From the NCBI GenBank assembly GCA_934130235.1, contig CAKOXU010000002.1:1-56508 (forward strand): a DNA stretch of 56,508 nt. Reading direction: 5' to 3'. Under the pieces are notes generated by a model. It saw only the letters and a list, made by a program, of their open reading frames with translations, did no database searches and was not told the origin of the DNA. Positions 10,246-18,794 of this stretch are shown here, one piece after another; positions within the stretch are counted from its first letter, which is position 1, and each line of letters starts with the position of its first letter. Source of the stretch: an uncultured Bacilli bacterium (GTDB lineage Bacteria > Bacillota_I > Bacilli_A > RF39 > UBA660). Made by a program: the position numbers and the translations under genes.

Positions 10246-10256
10246 AAAAGAATACT

Positions 10257-11576
10257 TTACATATCCTTTTTCTTTCTTGTAGCATGCGTCTTTACATATT
10301 CCTTTGCAAAAGTTTCATTATCCGCATATTCATATATATCTCTAGCAAATATACCACTATTCTTTTTTGATTGAAACAAAATTGCTTTTCTAAGCTTTCT
10401 TAAAGAATTCTCTTCTATTTGTCTTACCCTTTCTCTTGTTAAATTATAATCCTCACCTATATCATTTAAAGTTTCAGGCATATCAGTATACCTACCAAAT
10501 CTACGATTTAAAATGTCTTTTTCTTTAGGTTTTAATCTAGAAAGTTCATACAATTTATCAATATCATCATTTAGCTGTGCTTTTTCTATTAAAAGTGCTG
10601 CACTTATATCATCAGAAGGAACAAAAATCTCTAATTCACTATCTTTATCTTCCTTTATATATGTATTTAAACTGGCTGGTTCTGACAAATATAGTTCATA
10701 CTCTTTTATTTCATCAGTAGGAACATCTAATATACTTGCTATTTCAGCTATAGTAGGAGCATGCCCATTTGTAGCTTCAAACTTAGCTACTTCTTTTTTA
10801 TACTTACTTATTTTTTCTGTAATATGAATTGGTATACGAATAGTCTTACCTGCTTCCGCTATTGCACGTCTAACAGCTTGTTTTATCCACCATATTGCAA
10901 AAGTAGAAAATTTATTACCTCTAGATAAATCAAACTTTTCTACAGCTTTTATCAATCCAATATTTCCATATCCTATTAAATCAGATAAATCTAATTTAGA
11001 TAAACGATATTTTTTAGCGACACTAACAACTAACCTTTGATTAGCATTTATAATAGAATCTTTTACTTTTTTTAATTCTTTTTCTAATATTTTTCTTTCC
11101 TCTTCATCTTCACATATTTCAATACTATCCATTAATGAAGCATAGTTTGCAAAAGCTGCTATTTCTTCTTCCGGTGTGAACACTTTATATCTAGCCATAT
11201 CTTTAAAATAAAGTTTAAAAGGATCATTACACATATCTCTATCCTTTTCCTCTATATCTTCATAATCAGTTTCTTCTTCTTGAGTCGTTATTCCGTTTGA
11301 GTCTAAAAAGGCATCTACAAAATTACTTACTATTATACTATTAAATACAACTTCTGAGGGCTGTTCGGTTAAATCTTCATAATTATCTCCAACCAATTTA
11401 TTTATTGCAGTATTCAAAGTTTCATTTTCCAATAAATTACTAAAATCATTTATATCTAATTGAAGCATATTAAATTTATTATATGATTCTTCCAATACAC
11501 GAATAATTTCTTTAATACTTGAATTAGAGTTAATATTAGACTTAATGTATTTGTCAAACTCTATTTTATTAAACAT
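10257..11576 (-). CDS. RpoD-family (group 1/2) sigma-70 factor with long acidic N-terminus and a ~35-aa basic C-terminal tail
   Basis: 439 aa. Region 1.2-like DPFKLYFKDMARYKVFTPEEE, region 2 NQRLVVSVAKKY...GNIGLIKAVEKFD...KFSTFAIWWIKQAVRRAI, region 4.2 LTRERVRQIEENSLRKLR. Shine-Dalgarno AGGGAGG. Extended -10 TGATATAAT upstream. Confidence 0.85.
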   Translation of the reverse strand: MFNKIEFDKYIKSNINSNSSIKEIIRVLEESYNKFNMLQLDINDFSNLLENETLNTAINKLVGDNYEDLTEQPSEVVFNSIIVSNFVDAFLDSNGITTQEEETDYEDIEEKDRDMCNDPFKLYFKDMARYKVFTPEEEIAAFANYASLMDSIEICEDEEERKILEKELKKVKDSIINANQRLVVSVAKKYRLSKLDLSDLIGYGNIGLIKAVEKFDLSRGNKFSTFAIWWIKQAVRRAIAEAGKTIRIPIHITEKISKYKKEVAKFEATNGHAPTIAEIASILDVPTDEIKEYELYLSEPASLNTYIKEDKDSELEIFVPSDDISAALLIEKAQLNDDIDKLYELSRLKPKEKDILNRRFGRYTDMPETLNDIGEDYNLTRERVRQIEENSLRKLRKAILFQSKKNSGIFARDIYEYADNETFAKEYVKTHATRKKKDM

Positions 11577-11634
11577 ATACTGCCTCCCTTTATACGAGTA
11601 TTTATTATATCATATTTATCAAAAAAAGCAAATT

Positions 11635-11657
11635 AAAAAATTAAGCCTAGGCTTAAT
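11635..11657. terminator. Bidirectional-looking intrinsic terminator after the endolysin-like gene
   Basis: Stem TTAAGCC/GGCTTAA with a 2-nt loop, A-run on one side and T-run on the other. The stop codon (11653-11655) lies inside the stem. Confidence 0.7.
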
Positions 11658-12516
11658 TTTTACTTTTTATAAGTTCTCCTGATTTAAGTAGCTCTAATAA
11701 CTTCATATTTTGTGTAGCTGTACCTACATAAGAATTAATATTATTTAAACTTGCGATTACTTTTCTTCTTTTAAATGAATAGTCCTCACCAATGCTTCTT
11801 AGTGCGTCTACTATAGAAGTCGTATTACCAACATATTTTTTATAATAAGTAATTTTACTAATAGGAATAATTAACTTTTGACCAACATATATCCTATTTG
11901 GATTCTTAATACTATTTACTTTTACTAATTCTTTTAAGTTAACATTAAACTTTCTAGAAATAGCATACAAAGTGTCATTAGCTTTTACAACATATACATC
12001 ATCTTTTAATGTATCTTCATCTATAGTTCTCCAGTTATATCCACCATCAGTTATTCTTTTAATATTTTTAGGTAAATATAATGCATCAAATATATTCATT
12101 TGATTGTTAATACACCATACACCATCACTATTTTTATACCATCCATTTGAAGTAAACTTTCCTCTACCAACGGTTATATGTATATGATTTCCGGTCGCAT
12201 TACCTGCTTTTCCTTCTTGATAATATACTTGCCCTTGGTTTATTTTCTTACCTACATATAAATTAGATATATCATTATCATGCATAGTAAGTACAGTCAT
12301 ATAATCAATTGTTCCATCTGCATATTGTACTTTATCTGTACTCTCTAGCCATACACAATTACCATACTTATAAATTCTTTTTATTACACCGGTAAAGGGC
12401 GCTTTCAAATTAGTAGTTCCAGCTATATCAATAGCCTTATCACCTTTATGTGAATAACTTCCATTTGCTTTTTGAGTTATACGCAATGTGTTTACATTTA
12501 ATATAGCGCGTTCCAT
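11653..12516 (-). CDS. Endolysin-like cell-wall hydrolase: LAS-type (M23/M15-like) zinc peptidase domain, LysM, and an additional C-terminal binding-like module
   Basis: 287 aa with no signal peptide. SHKGDKAID (H-x6-D) and GNHIHIT (HxH) metal-ligand-like motifs. LysM block YVVKANDTLYAISRKFNVNLKELVKVNSIKNPNRIYVGQKLIIP. Its start shares a base with the stop of the holin-like gene. Confidence 0.7.
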   Translation of the reverse strand: MERAILNVNTLRITQKANGSYSHKGDKAIDIAGTTNLKAPFTGVIKRIYKYGNCVWLESTDKVQYADGTIDYMTVLTMHDNDISNLYVGKKINQGQVYYQEGKAGNATGNHIHITVGRGKFTSNGWYKNSDGVWCINNQMNIFDALYLPKNIKRITDGGYNWRTIDEDTLKDDVYVVKANDTLYAISRKFNVNLKELVKVNSIKNPNRIYVGQKLIIPISKITYYKKYVGNTTSIVDALRSIGEDYSFKRRKVIASLNNINSYVGTATQNMKLLELLKSGELIKSKN

Positions 12517-12764
12517 TATTTATTTTCCCCCTTATTCTTTTTGAGTTCAGAAATTAAACTAGTAACCTCTTCATAAGTTACTTGAGCACGTGCTATATCA
12601 ACTTTACATTCAGTAATCATATATGAAACAGACGCACAAACAGTACCTATTATTCCAGCTATTATTCCAATATTACCACCTATTTGTCTAAATACAACAG
12701 TTATAGAAATAATATTACTTAAAACAGCTATCCAGAACTTTCTAGATTTTAACTTTGCTTTCAT
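12516..12764 (-). CDS. Holin-like small membrane protein (two TM, charged C-terminus)
   Basis: 82 aa. Basic N-terminus with the KFWIAVLS motif, two hydrophobic helices, charged tail KKNKGENK. Strong Shine-Dalgarno AAAGGAGGAG. Lies immediately upstream of a secretion-signal-less lysin. Confidence 0.6.
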   Translation of the reverse strand: MKAKLKSRKFWIAVLSNIISITVVFRQIGGNIGIIAGIIGTVCASVSYMITECKVDIARAQVTYEEVTSLISELKKNKGENK

Positions 12765-12818
12765 ACTCCTCCTTTACTTTATTATATTGACGTTAATAAA
12801 AATTGAATATTATATTAA

Positions 12819-12848
12819 AACAAAAAATAGAATCATTTTGATTCTATT
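12819..12848 (-). terminator. Intrinsic terminator after the PAP2 gene
   Basis: 9-bp stem AATAGAATC/GATTCTATT with a 4-nt loop, followed on the minus strand by TTTTTTGTTTT. The stop codon 12833-12835 lies in the stem. Confidence 0.7.
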
Positions 12849-13426
12849 CTTTCTATTAATGTGATATATATAATTAAAAATAATAAAGATACAGTATATC
12901 CACATAGTACATCACTTGTAAAATGTACTCCTAAATATATTCTACTAATACCTATTAATAATATAATAATAGACAGTATTATAACTAATATATTTTTACT
13001 TTTGATATTGCTTTTACATATTAGATATATTAAAAATCCATAAAATGCCATTGCTGTTAATGAGTGGCCAGATGGATATGAATACCCGGTTTCATTTATT
13101 AAATTAATACCTATAGGTCTAGGCCTTGAAAATATATTTTTTAAAACTATTTGTATAAGTGTTATTAAGATCAAACCTATTGATATATATATTCCATCTT
13201 TTCTATTAATTATTATTATAATAATAGTAATTAGTATTACTGCATATTTGCTCCCTAAAAATGTTACTAATTTCATTATAGTTGTAATTATATTATTAAA
13301 ATATAAATAATTATATACGAAGTTATCTATAATAAGTTCATCTTTTGTACATACATTATAAGTCAACAACATAAACAAAATTAACAAAAATATTAAAAAT
13401 ACTATCCTATTCTTTTTCATTCTCAA
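12833..13426 (-). CDS. PAP2-family lipid phosphatase (BcrC/undecaprenyl-diphosphatase-like)
   Basis: 197 aa, multi-TM. The three PAP2 motifs are present: KNIFSRPRP, PSGHS, SRIYLGVHFTSD. Confidence 0.85.
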   Translation of the reverse strand: MRMKKNRIVFLIFLLILFMLLTYNVCTKDELIIDNFVYNYLYFNNIITTIMKLVTFLGSKYAVILITIIIIIINRKDGIYISIGLILITLIQIVLKNIFSRPRPIGINLINETGYSYPSGHSLTAMAFYGFLIYLICKSNIKSKNILVIILSIIILLIGISRIYLGVHFTSDVLCGYTVSLLFLIIYITLIERIESK

Positions 13427-14117
13427 CTCCTAAATAAAATATTTTATTTATTAACCCGTTTATAGGCTTTATTTTTGATACAAAATACATTATAGTTATT
13501 CCTAAAATGTTTAATATTAAATCATCTATATCACAACTACCTGACATTGTTATAAATTGCATAAGTTCTATTATAACTATAATGGGTATCATTATTAATA
13601 ATAATTTATAATACTTATCTACTTTTTTAAATATAAGAGGAATAAATATACTAAATGGCATAAAAGCAAGTATATTACCAAATATATTATTAAAAAATAC
13701 TTTTGAACTTACTATACCGTTTATAAAACCGTTTATATATAATTTAATTGTACTAAATGGTATTATATTGAAAGAATACTTAAAATATGTTTCCAATAAA
13801 TCTTTATTCCACGATATCAATTTAAATCCCTGTCTACCATATATTTCATCAAAAAGTGTTAATGTGAAAATTATAACTATATACAATAAAAAATAGATTA
13901 CTAGATGCACTTTTAAGATTTTTTTATTATAGTTTAGTTTTTTTATCTGAATATATCCACATATATATATAAATATACTTACTAATAAAAATAGTATAAT
14001 TTTAAATTGAGTTGTTAGATTGGTACTACTACTAAATCTAATTTTAATACAAAACAATAAAATTAAAAGAGATACTAAATATAATAGTATTGAAATAATT
14101 TTATATGTTTTTTTCAT
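13407..14117 (-). CDS. VanZ-family membrane protein
   Basis: 236 aa, multi-TM. CDIDDLILNILG motif comparable to the VanZ domain at 115-1224. Overlaps the PAP2 start by 20 nt. Confidence 0.75.
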   Translation of the reverse strand: MKKTYKIISILLYLVSLLILLFCIKIRFSSSTNLTTQFKIILFLLVSIFIYICGYIQIKKLNYNKKILKVHLVIYFLLYIVIIFTLTLFDEIYGRQGFKLISWNKDLLETYFKYSFNIIPFSTIKLYINGFINGIVSSKVFFNNIFGNILAFMPFSIFIPLIFKKVDKYYKLLLIMIPIIVIIELMQFITMSGSCDIDDLILNILGITIMYFVSKIKPINGLINKIFYLGVENEKE

Positions 14118-14138
14118 ATTATCACCACACTAATTATA

Positions 14139-14738
14139 TCATATCTCTTTAATTAATTGTTCTTTTATAATACTGTATAGCTTATTATTAGCTTCTTCTT
14201 TACTCATTTTGTCAACTTTAAATGGTTCTAAGAAAGTTATCTTTAGGTTTTTACTTCTAAACTTATAATCTCCTGTTATTGCAAATGGAACTATGGTTGA
14301 ATTAGTCTTTGAAGCCATACTTATTGCGCCATACTTAAATGGAAGTAATACTTCTTCTGTTTTATTTCTAGTACCCTCAGGAAATATGCCAATAGCACCG
14401 TTATCTTTTAAAACGTCTAATGCCATATTTTTTGCATTAGTATCATGATTTTTTCTATCCACACTAATGCAGCCAGCTGATTTAAAAAACCATTTTGTTT
14501 TTTTATTATCAAAATACTCTTTTTTAGCCATATAATGAATGCCCCTATTAGTCGCACCTATTACTAGAAATTGATCATATAAATGCTTATGATTTCCTGC
14601 TATTACTATTGGGCCTTTTTTAGGTATATACTCTTTATTTACTATTTTAGGATTATAATATAATTTAAATAAAGGAATGATTATTAATTTACCTAGATGA
14701 TAAAATAATGGAACTCTTTTATTCATCATCGTCTTCAC
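14139..14738 (-). CDS. PlsC-type lysophospholipid (1-acyl-glycerol-3-phosphate) acyltransferase
   Basis: 199 aa. HX4D motif (NHKHLYD) and FPEGTR motif. Confidence 0.8.
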   Translation of the reverse strand: MKTMMNKRVPLFYHLGKLIIIPLFKLYYNPKIVNKEYIPKKGPIVIAGNHKHLYDQFLVIGATNRGIHYMAKKEYFDNKKTKWFFKSAGCISVDRKNHDTNAKNMALDVLKDNGAIGIFPEGTRNKTEEVLLPFKYGAISMASKTNSTIVPFAITGDYKFRSKNLKITFLEPFKVDKMSKEEANNKLYSIIKEQLIKEI

Positions 14739-16455
14739 CTATGTCGCTTTGCAATACCTTAAAGTCAACTTTACCTAACTTAGTAGTTGGCAATTTCTTT
14801 CTATATACAAATTTATAAGGCACCATATATTTAGATAAATTCTTTTTACAATATTCTTTTATTTCCGATTTTATAAATAATCCATGGAATCCTTCTTTTA
14901 ATACTATAAAAGCCTTTGGTACTTCTTGCTTATAAGGATGTGGTTGACCAACTACAGTACATTGTAATACTGCAGGGTGTGATTCAATTATATCCTCAAC
15001 ATAAGAAGGATACACATTATATCCGCTTGTTATTATCATTCTTTTTTGACGACCTTTATAAAAAATAAAGCCATCTTTATCCATATACCCTAAATCTCCT
15101 GTGTGTAACCAAATATATCCATCATCATGCTTCTGCAATGCATCATTAGTTTCAGATTCATTATTTAAATAACCCATCATAAGTGCATTATTATGTATAA
15201 CGATTTCACCAATTACATTAAATGGTTCTTCTTTTCTTGTCGATGGATTAATAATCTTAACATAATTACCAGGAAGCGGTATTCCAATAGATCCTGATTT
15301 ATTTACCTCCCTAAATCCTAAGCAAACTGCAGATAAAGCCTCAGTAAGTCCATATCCTTGTGATACCTTTATATGTGCATTATGATTTTCCAAATACTCA
15401 TTAATTCTGTCCTCTAAATTTTTAGTTAACATATCACCACCTGATATCATATACTTTAAGCATGATAAATCTAAATCAGGTTCATTATTGCTTGTTGTAA
15501 GGGCTTCAAAAAGTGTTGGAACTCCTAACACTATAGAAGGTTGTGTTTGTTTTAATAGGGTATCAAATTTTTTTGAATCAAATTTAGGCACTAATACTAC
15601 TTTATATCCTAGTGCAAATTCAGAATGCATTGATACTGCTAAACCAAATCCATGAAAATTAGGCATTATAGCTAAACAAGAATCTCCAATATTCATATCT
15701 TTCATAATTATACGTTCTTGCTCTGTTATAAGTAAAAAAGCCCTATTCTGTATTACAACATTTTTAGGTTTTCCACTAGTTCCACCACTGCTTAATATTA
15801 CTGCTGGTGTATTCTTACCATAAGGAGACACTATAAATTTATCTCTAAATAAAGATAAATTCATAAATCTATTCCATCCCATATACTTATATTTAAATAA
15901 AGTTCCTTTATGATTTTTTATATTCATTAAATTATAGGCAACCTTCATATACAATTTCATACTATTAGAAGCCGATACTAATATTACTTTTTTCACTTTA
16001 GTATTATCTATGATATTTTTTACTTTGTTGTAATTTAAATCAATTATTATTAATAATTTACTATTAGTATTTAATAAACTTAGTTTAATCTCCTCTTCGG
16101 AAGATAATGGATGAACCATGTTTGCAATTGCACCTATCCTATTTAACGCATAGAAAGCTATTATAGCTTCCGGTGTGTTTGGCATGCATATTGTTACAAT
16201 ATCACCTTTTCTTATACCCATTACTTTAAAAGAGATCGAAGCTTTATCTATTTGTTTAATAAATTTCTTATACTTTACCTCTTTATTTAAATAACTATAA
16301 GCAATTTCATTTGGATATTTTATCGATGTTCTTCTTATTTGTTCATATAAACTAATATTTTTTAATTTAATATCCATATCTGAATCATTATAATACTTTT
16401 TCCAAGGTGCGGATAGCTTTCTTTTCACTAATCCTTTAAATATATCTGTATACAT
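14719..16455 (-). CDS. AMP-dependent long-chain fatty acid ligase (acyl-CoA/acyl-ACP synthetase family)
   Basis: 578 aa. AMP-binding motif SSGGTSGKPK, GYGLTE, GDLGYMDKDGFIFYKGRQK. Confidence 0.85.
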   Translation of the reverse strand: MYTDIFKGLVKRKLSAPWKKYYNDSDMDIKLKNISLYEQIRRTSIKYPNEIAYSYLNKEVKYKKFIKQIDKASISFKVMGIRKGDIVTICMPNTPEAIIAFYALNRIGAIANMVHPLSSEEEIKLSLLNTNSKLLIIIDLNYNKVKNIIDNTKVKKVILVSASNSMKLYMKVAYNLMNIKNHKGTLFKYKYMGWNRFMNLSLFRDKFIVSPYGKNTPAVILSSGGTSGKPKNVVIQNRAFLLITEQERIIMKDMNIGDSCLAIMPNFHGFGLAVSMHSEFALGYKVVLVPKFDSKKFDTLLKQTQPSIVLGVPTLFEALTTSNNEPDLDLSCLKYMISGGDMLTKNLEDRINEYLENHNAHIKVSQGYGLTEALSAVCLGFREVNKSGSIGIPLPGNYVKIINPSTRKEEPFNVIGEIVIHNNALMMGYLNNESETNDALQKHDDGYIWLHTGDLGYMDKDGFIFYKGRQKRMIITSGYNVYPSYVEDIIESHPAVLQCTVVGQPHPYKQEVPKAFIVLKEGFHGLFIKSEIKEYCKKNLSKYMVPYKFVYRKKLPTTKLGKVDFKVLQSDIGEDDDE

Positions 16456-16456
16456 A

Positions 16457-17026
16457 TTAACCCTCCATATTCTTCTCTATTATACTCTTCAACAACTCAT
16501 TTTCTTTTTCTAAATCATTTTTTATACTTATTGGTTTGTCAAATATAATCTCAACACTTTTTTTAAATGGTATATATTCATGATTTATAGTAAAAGGTAC
16601 TATCATACTATTTGTATCACTCGCAAGCTTTACAGCGCCTATTTTAAACGGTAATAAAGTATTCTTTTTCTTACGTGTAGTACCTTCAGGAAATATTCCT
16701 ATAACCATATCATTATTTAAATACTTGCGTGCTTCTATCAAACTATTAGGATCCTTTCTTTCTCTATGTACAGGAATTAAGCCCATATTAGCAAAAATAA
16801 TTTTTTTAGGTCCCTTCATCAATTCTGCTTTAGCTAAAAAATGAATTGGTCTTTTTGTACAACACATTAGAAGTATACAATCTAATATATGTGTATGAGT
16901 TCCAGCTAAAATTATTCTACCTGTAGTACTAATATTTTCTTTACCTATTATAGTTGGCCTATATATCACTTTAAATATAAAAGTTAAAACAGGTCTAAGT
17001 ATTTTATATAATATTGATTCTTTCAT
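16457..17026 (-). CDS. PlsC-type acyltransferase (second copy)
   Basis: 189 aa. HX4D (THTHILD) and FPEGTT motifs. Its stop is 1 nt from the ligase start. Confidence 0.8.
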   Translation of the reverse strand: MKESILYKILRPVLTFIFKVIYRPTIIGKENISTTGRIILAGTHTHILDCILLMCCTKRPIHFLAKAELMKGPKKIIFANMGLIPVHRERKDPNSLIEARKYLNNDMVIGIFPEGTTRKKKNTLLPFKIGAVKLASDTNSMIVPFTINHEYIPFKKSVEIIFDKPISIKNDLEKENELLKSIIEKNMEG

Positions 17027-17040
17027 ATTATCACCTTAAA

Positions 17041-17068
17041 AAAAATAAAAACCTTTGAAAACAAAGGT
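17041..17068 (-). terminator. Intrinsic terminator after tRNA-Ser
   Basis: Stem ACCTTTG/CAAAGGT with a 4-nt loop, followed on the minus strand by TTTTATTTTT. Confidence 0.65.
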
Positions 17069-17080
17069 CAAAATTCAAAA

Positions 17081-17171
17081 TGGCGGAGTAGGAGAGATTT
17101 GAACTCTCGCGCCAGTTGCCCGACCTACACCCTTAGCAGGGGCGCCTCTTCAGCCTCTTGAGTACTACTCC
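17081..17171 (-). tRNA. tRNA-Ser (anticodon GCU), CCA encoded
   Basis: The reverse complement GGAGTAGTACTCAAGAGGCTGAAGAGGCGCCCCTGCTAAGGGTGTAGGTCGGGCAACTGGCGCGAGAGTTCAAATCTCTCCTACTCCGCCA folds as a cloverleaf. It has a 7-bp acceptor stem, anticodon loop CTGCTAA, a long variable arm and T-loop GTTCAAATC. It is a clear GC-rich island in AT-rich surroundings. Confidence 0.9.
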
Positions 17172-17184
17172 AAAACACGTATTA

Positions 17185-17213
17185 ATTATATCACAATTTA
17201 AAGCTCAACACAA
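17185..17213 (-). promoter_or_regulatory. Sigma-A-type promoter for tRNA-Ser (TTGTGT-17-TATAAT with a TG extension)
   Basis: The minus strand reads TTGTGTtgagctttaaattgTGaTATAAT, ending ~13 nt before the tRNA 5' end. Confidence 0.4.
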
Positions 17214-17363
17214 TACTTTATATTACTTATTTATAAAATTTTAATTTAAGCGATATAACTATATTATTAATAGTTATATTTTTTTGATTAATAAATAAAT
17301 ATGAAAACTTTTATTAGATTATTAAAAAAAGATACTTATTTACCATAATAAATATCTTTTGTC

Positions 17364-18008
17364 CTAAACCTTTAATTTTTCTTTAATCTTTTTTTCTCTT
17401 CTAGAAACTTGTACTTGAGTTATTCCTAATAAAGAAGAGGTTTCACTTTGTGTATAATCATTCATATATCTATTTATAACTATTTGTCTGTCAATATCAT
17501 TTAATTTACTCATTTTTTCCTTTAAAATCAACAAATCATCAATATTATTTGATTCACCTATTACATCCAATAATGTATATGAGTTATCATTTGAAAAAGA
17601 TGAATCTAAACTTTTAATTTGATATGAGCTTGATACAGCTTCATCTACAAGCATAGGATCTATATTTAAATATAAAGCAATTTCATAATTAGTAGGTTCT
17701 TTCATCATCTTTTGACTTAATAAAATACGAACCTTCTCTATTTTTGATTTTAATCTTGTTATATCCCTACTTACCTTCATAGCTCTATCTTCGTTTACTA
17801 ATCTATACATTTCGCCATATATAGAAGTATATGCATAAGTAGTAAACTTACAATTAGAATCATTCTTATAATTCTTATAAGCTTTTATAAAACCTATACA
17901 TCCAGCTTGATATAAATCTTCTTTATATATATAATCTTTAAAATATTTAGTAATAATAGAATAGATTAAACCAGAATTTTCTGTAATTATTTTTTCTAAA
18001 TTATCCAT
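17364..18008 (-). CDS. Group-3 sigma factor of the SigF/SigG/SigB type
   Basis: 214 aa. Similar along its length to B. subtilis SigF as I recall it (LYQAGCIGFIKAYKNY; KFTTYAYTSIYGEMYR; MKVSRDITRL; YTQSETSSLLGITQVQVSRREKKIKEKLK). Confidence 0.85.
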   Translation of the reverse strand: MDNLEKIITENSGLIYSIITKYFKDYIYKEDLYQAGCIGFIKAYKNYKNDSNCKFTTYAYTSIYGEMYRLVNEDRAMKVSRDITRLKSKIEKVRILLSQKMMKEPTNYEIALYLNIDPMLVDEAVSSSYQIKSLDSSFSNDNSYTLLDVIGESNNIDDLLILKEKMSKLNDIDRQIVINRYMNDYTQSETSSLLGITQVQVSRREKKIKEKLKV

Positions 18009-18009
18009 A

Positions 18010-18357
18010 TTAATTCAAATTAAGTAGCTTAATAGCACTTAATTCATCCTCTATTTCATATACATAATTAATTAATCTACTCTTTTTTAAATAATTACTT
18101 ATATTCTCATTATTACCACATAAATAATTTCTACCATTATTTATTTTGCACAATTCATAATTATATAAAATAGCATTTATTCCCTTAAAATCAATTGATT
18201 TTAGGTATTTAAGATTATATACAATATTTATTATCCCTGTTTTCTTTATAACATCCGTTACTTTTTTGTTAAAAACATCAACACTATCTTTGTTAAGTTC
18301 GCCTTTTAATCTTACAAATAATATTCCCTTTCTAAACTCAGTATTAACTTTAAGCAT
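18010..18357 (-). CDS. STAS-domain anti-sigma-factor-antagonist-like protein (SpoIIAA/RsbV-like) lacking the phosphorylatable serine
   Basis: 115 aa. The block IINIVYNLKYLKSIDFKGINAILYNY aligns without gaps to SpoIIAA [26 protein letters not shown]. Phe57 (codon 18187-18189) occupies the Ser58 position. The stop is 1 nt from the sigma start. Confidence 0.8.
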   Translation of the reverse strand: MLKVNTEFRKGILFVRLKGELNKDSVDVFNKKVTDVIKKTGIINIVYNLKYLKSIDFKGINAILYNYELCKINNGRNYLCGNNENISNYLKKSRLINYVYEIEDELSAIKLLNLN

Positions 18358-18431
18358 ATGTTCACCTTCCTATATAATTTACCACAGGTTTAGATAAACT
18401 TATACAATATCGACAAAAGTAGAATTATTTT

Positions 18432-18668
18432 TTATTTATCATTTATTAAAAACAGATATTCTTCTATTTGATTTTTATTATTTTTTTTAAAATTAGATAT
18501 AAATTTTCTTCTTACTTGTTTCATTTCATTTTCTAGTTTTTCAATACTATCTTTGTTGTTCTCTTTTTTATATTTTTCTAATTTACTTTTTAATGATGAA
18601 TAATACACGAGTTCTTTATACATTTCGTCAGTCATATTAAATTTTAAAAAATTTAAATCTTTACTCAT
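18432..18668 (-). CDS. Hypothetical small helical, lysine-rich protein (78 aa)
   Basis: ORF with Shine-Dalgarno AAAGGAG and an upstream TTGACT-17-TAAAAT promoter-like sequence. I recognise no motif. It is the first gene of the orf78-STAS-sigma array. Confidence 0.5.
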   Translation of the reverse strand: MSKDLNFLKFNMTDEMYKELVYYSSLKSKLEKYKKENNKDSIEKLENEMKQVRRKFISNFKKNNKNQIEEYLFLINDK

Positions 18669-18794
18669 AGTACTCCTTTCATTTTTATGTCTCCCTTTTA
18701 CAAATTAATTTTATTATATATAATCTTCTAAGTCAATCTACTTCATCAACTTTTCATAATATTAGATTTCATTGTAATACTTTATTTACACCAA

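Noticed and set aside
17066-17080. GGTCAAAATTCAAAA resembling a CtsR operator half-site.
   Set aside because: Only one heptad matches GGTCAAA, and the second is degenerate. The site is the 3' arm of the tRNA terminator, far from clpC.
10257-17171. Possibility that the region 3' of tRNA-Ser (lipid cluster, holin-lysin, sigma) is an integrated genomic island or prophage remnant.
   Set aside because: I could find no integrase, recombinase or phage structural gene, and no direct repeat of the tRNA 3' end by eye. Composition does not visibly differ from the flanks. This remains untested without a repeat search.
17253-17286. 9-bp inverted repeat ATATAACTA/TAGTTATAT followed by a T-run on the plus strand, which looks like a plus-strand terminator.
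   Set aside because: No plus-strand gene ends here. It sits between the sigma gene and the tRNA promoter. It is probably an AT-rich chance palindrome or an insulator against antisense transcription, and there is not enough evidence to call a feature.
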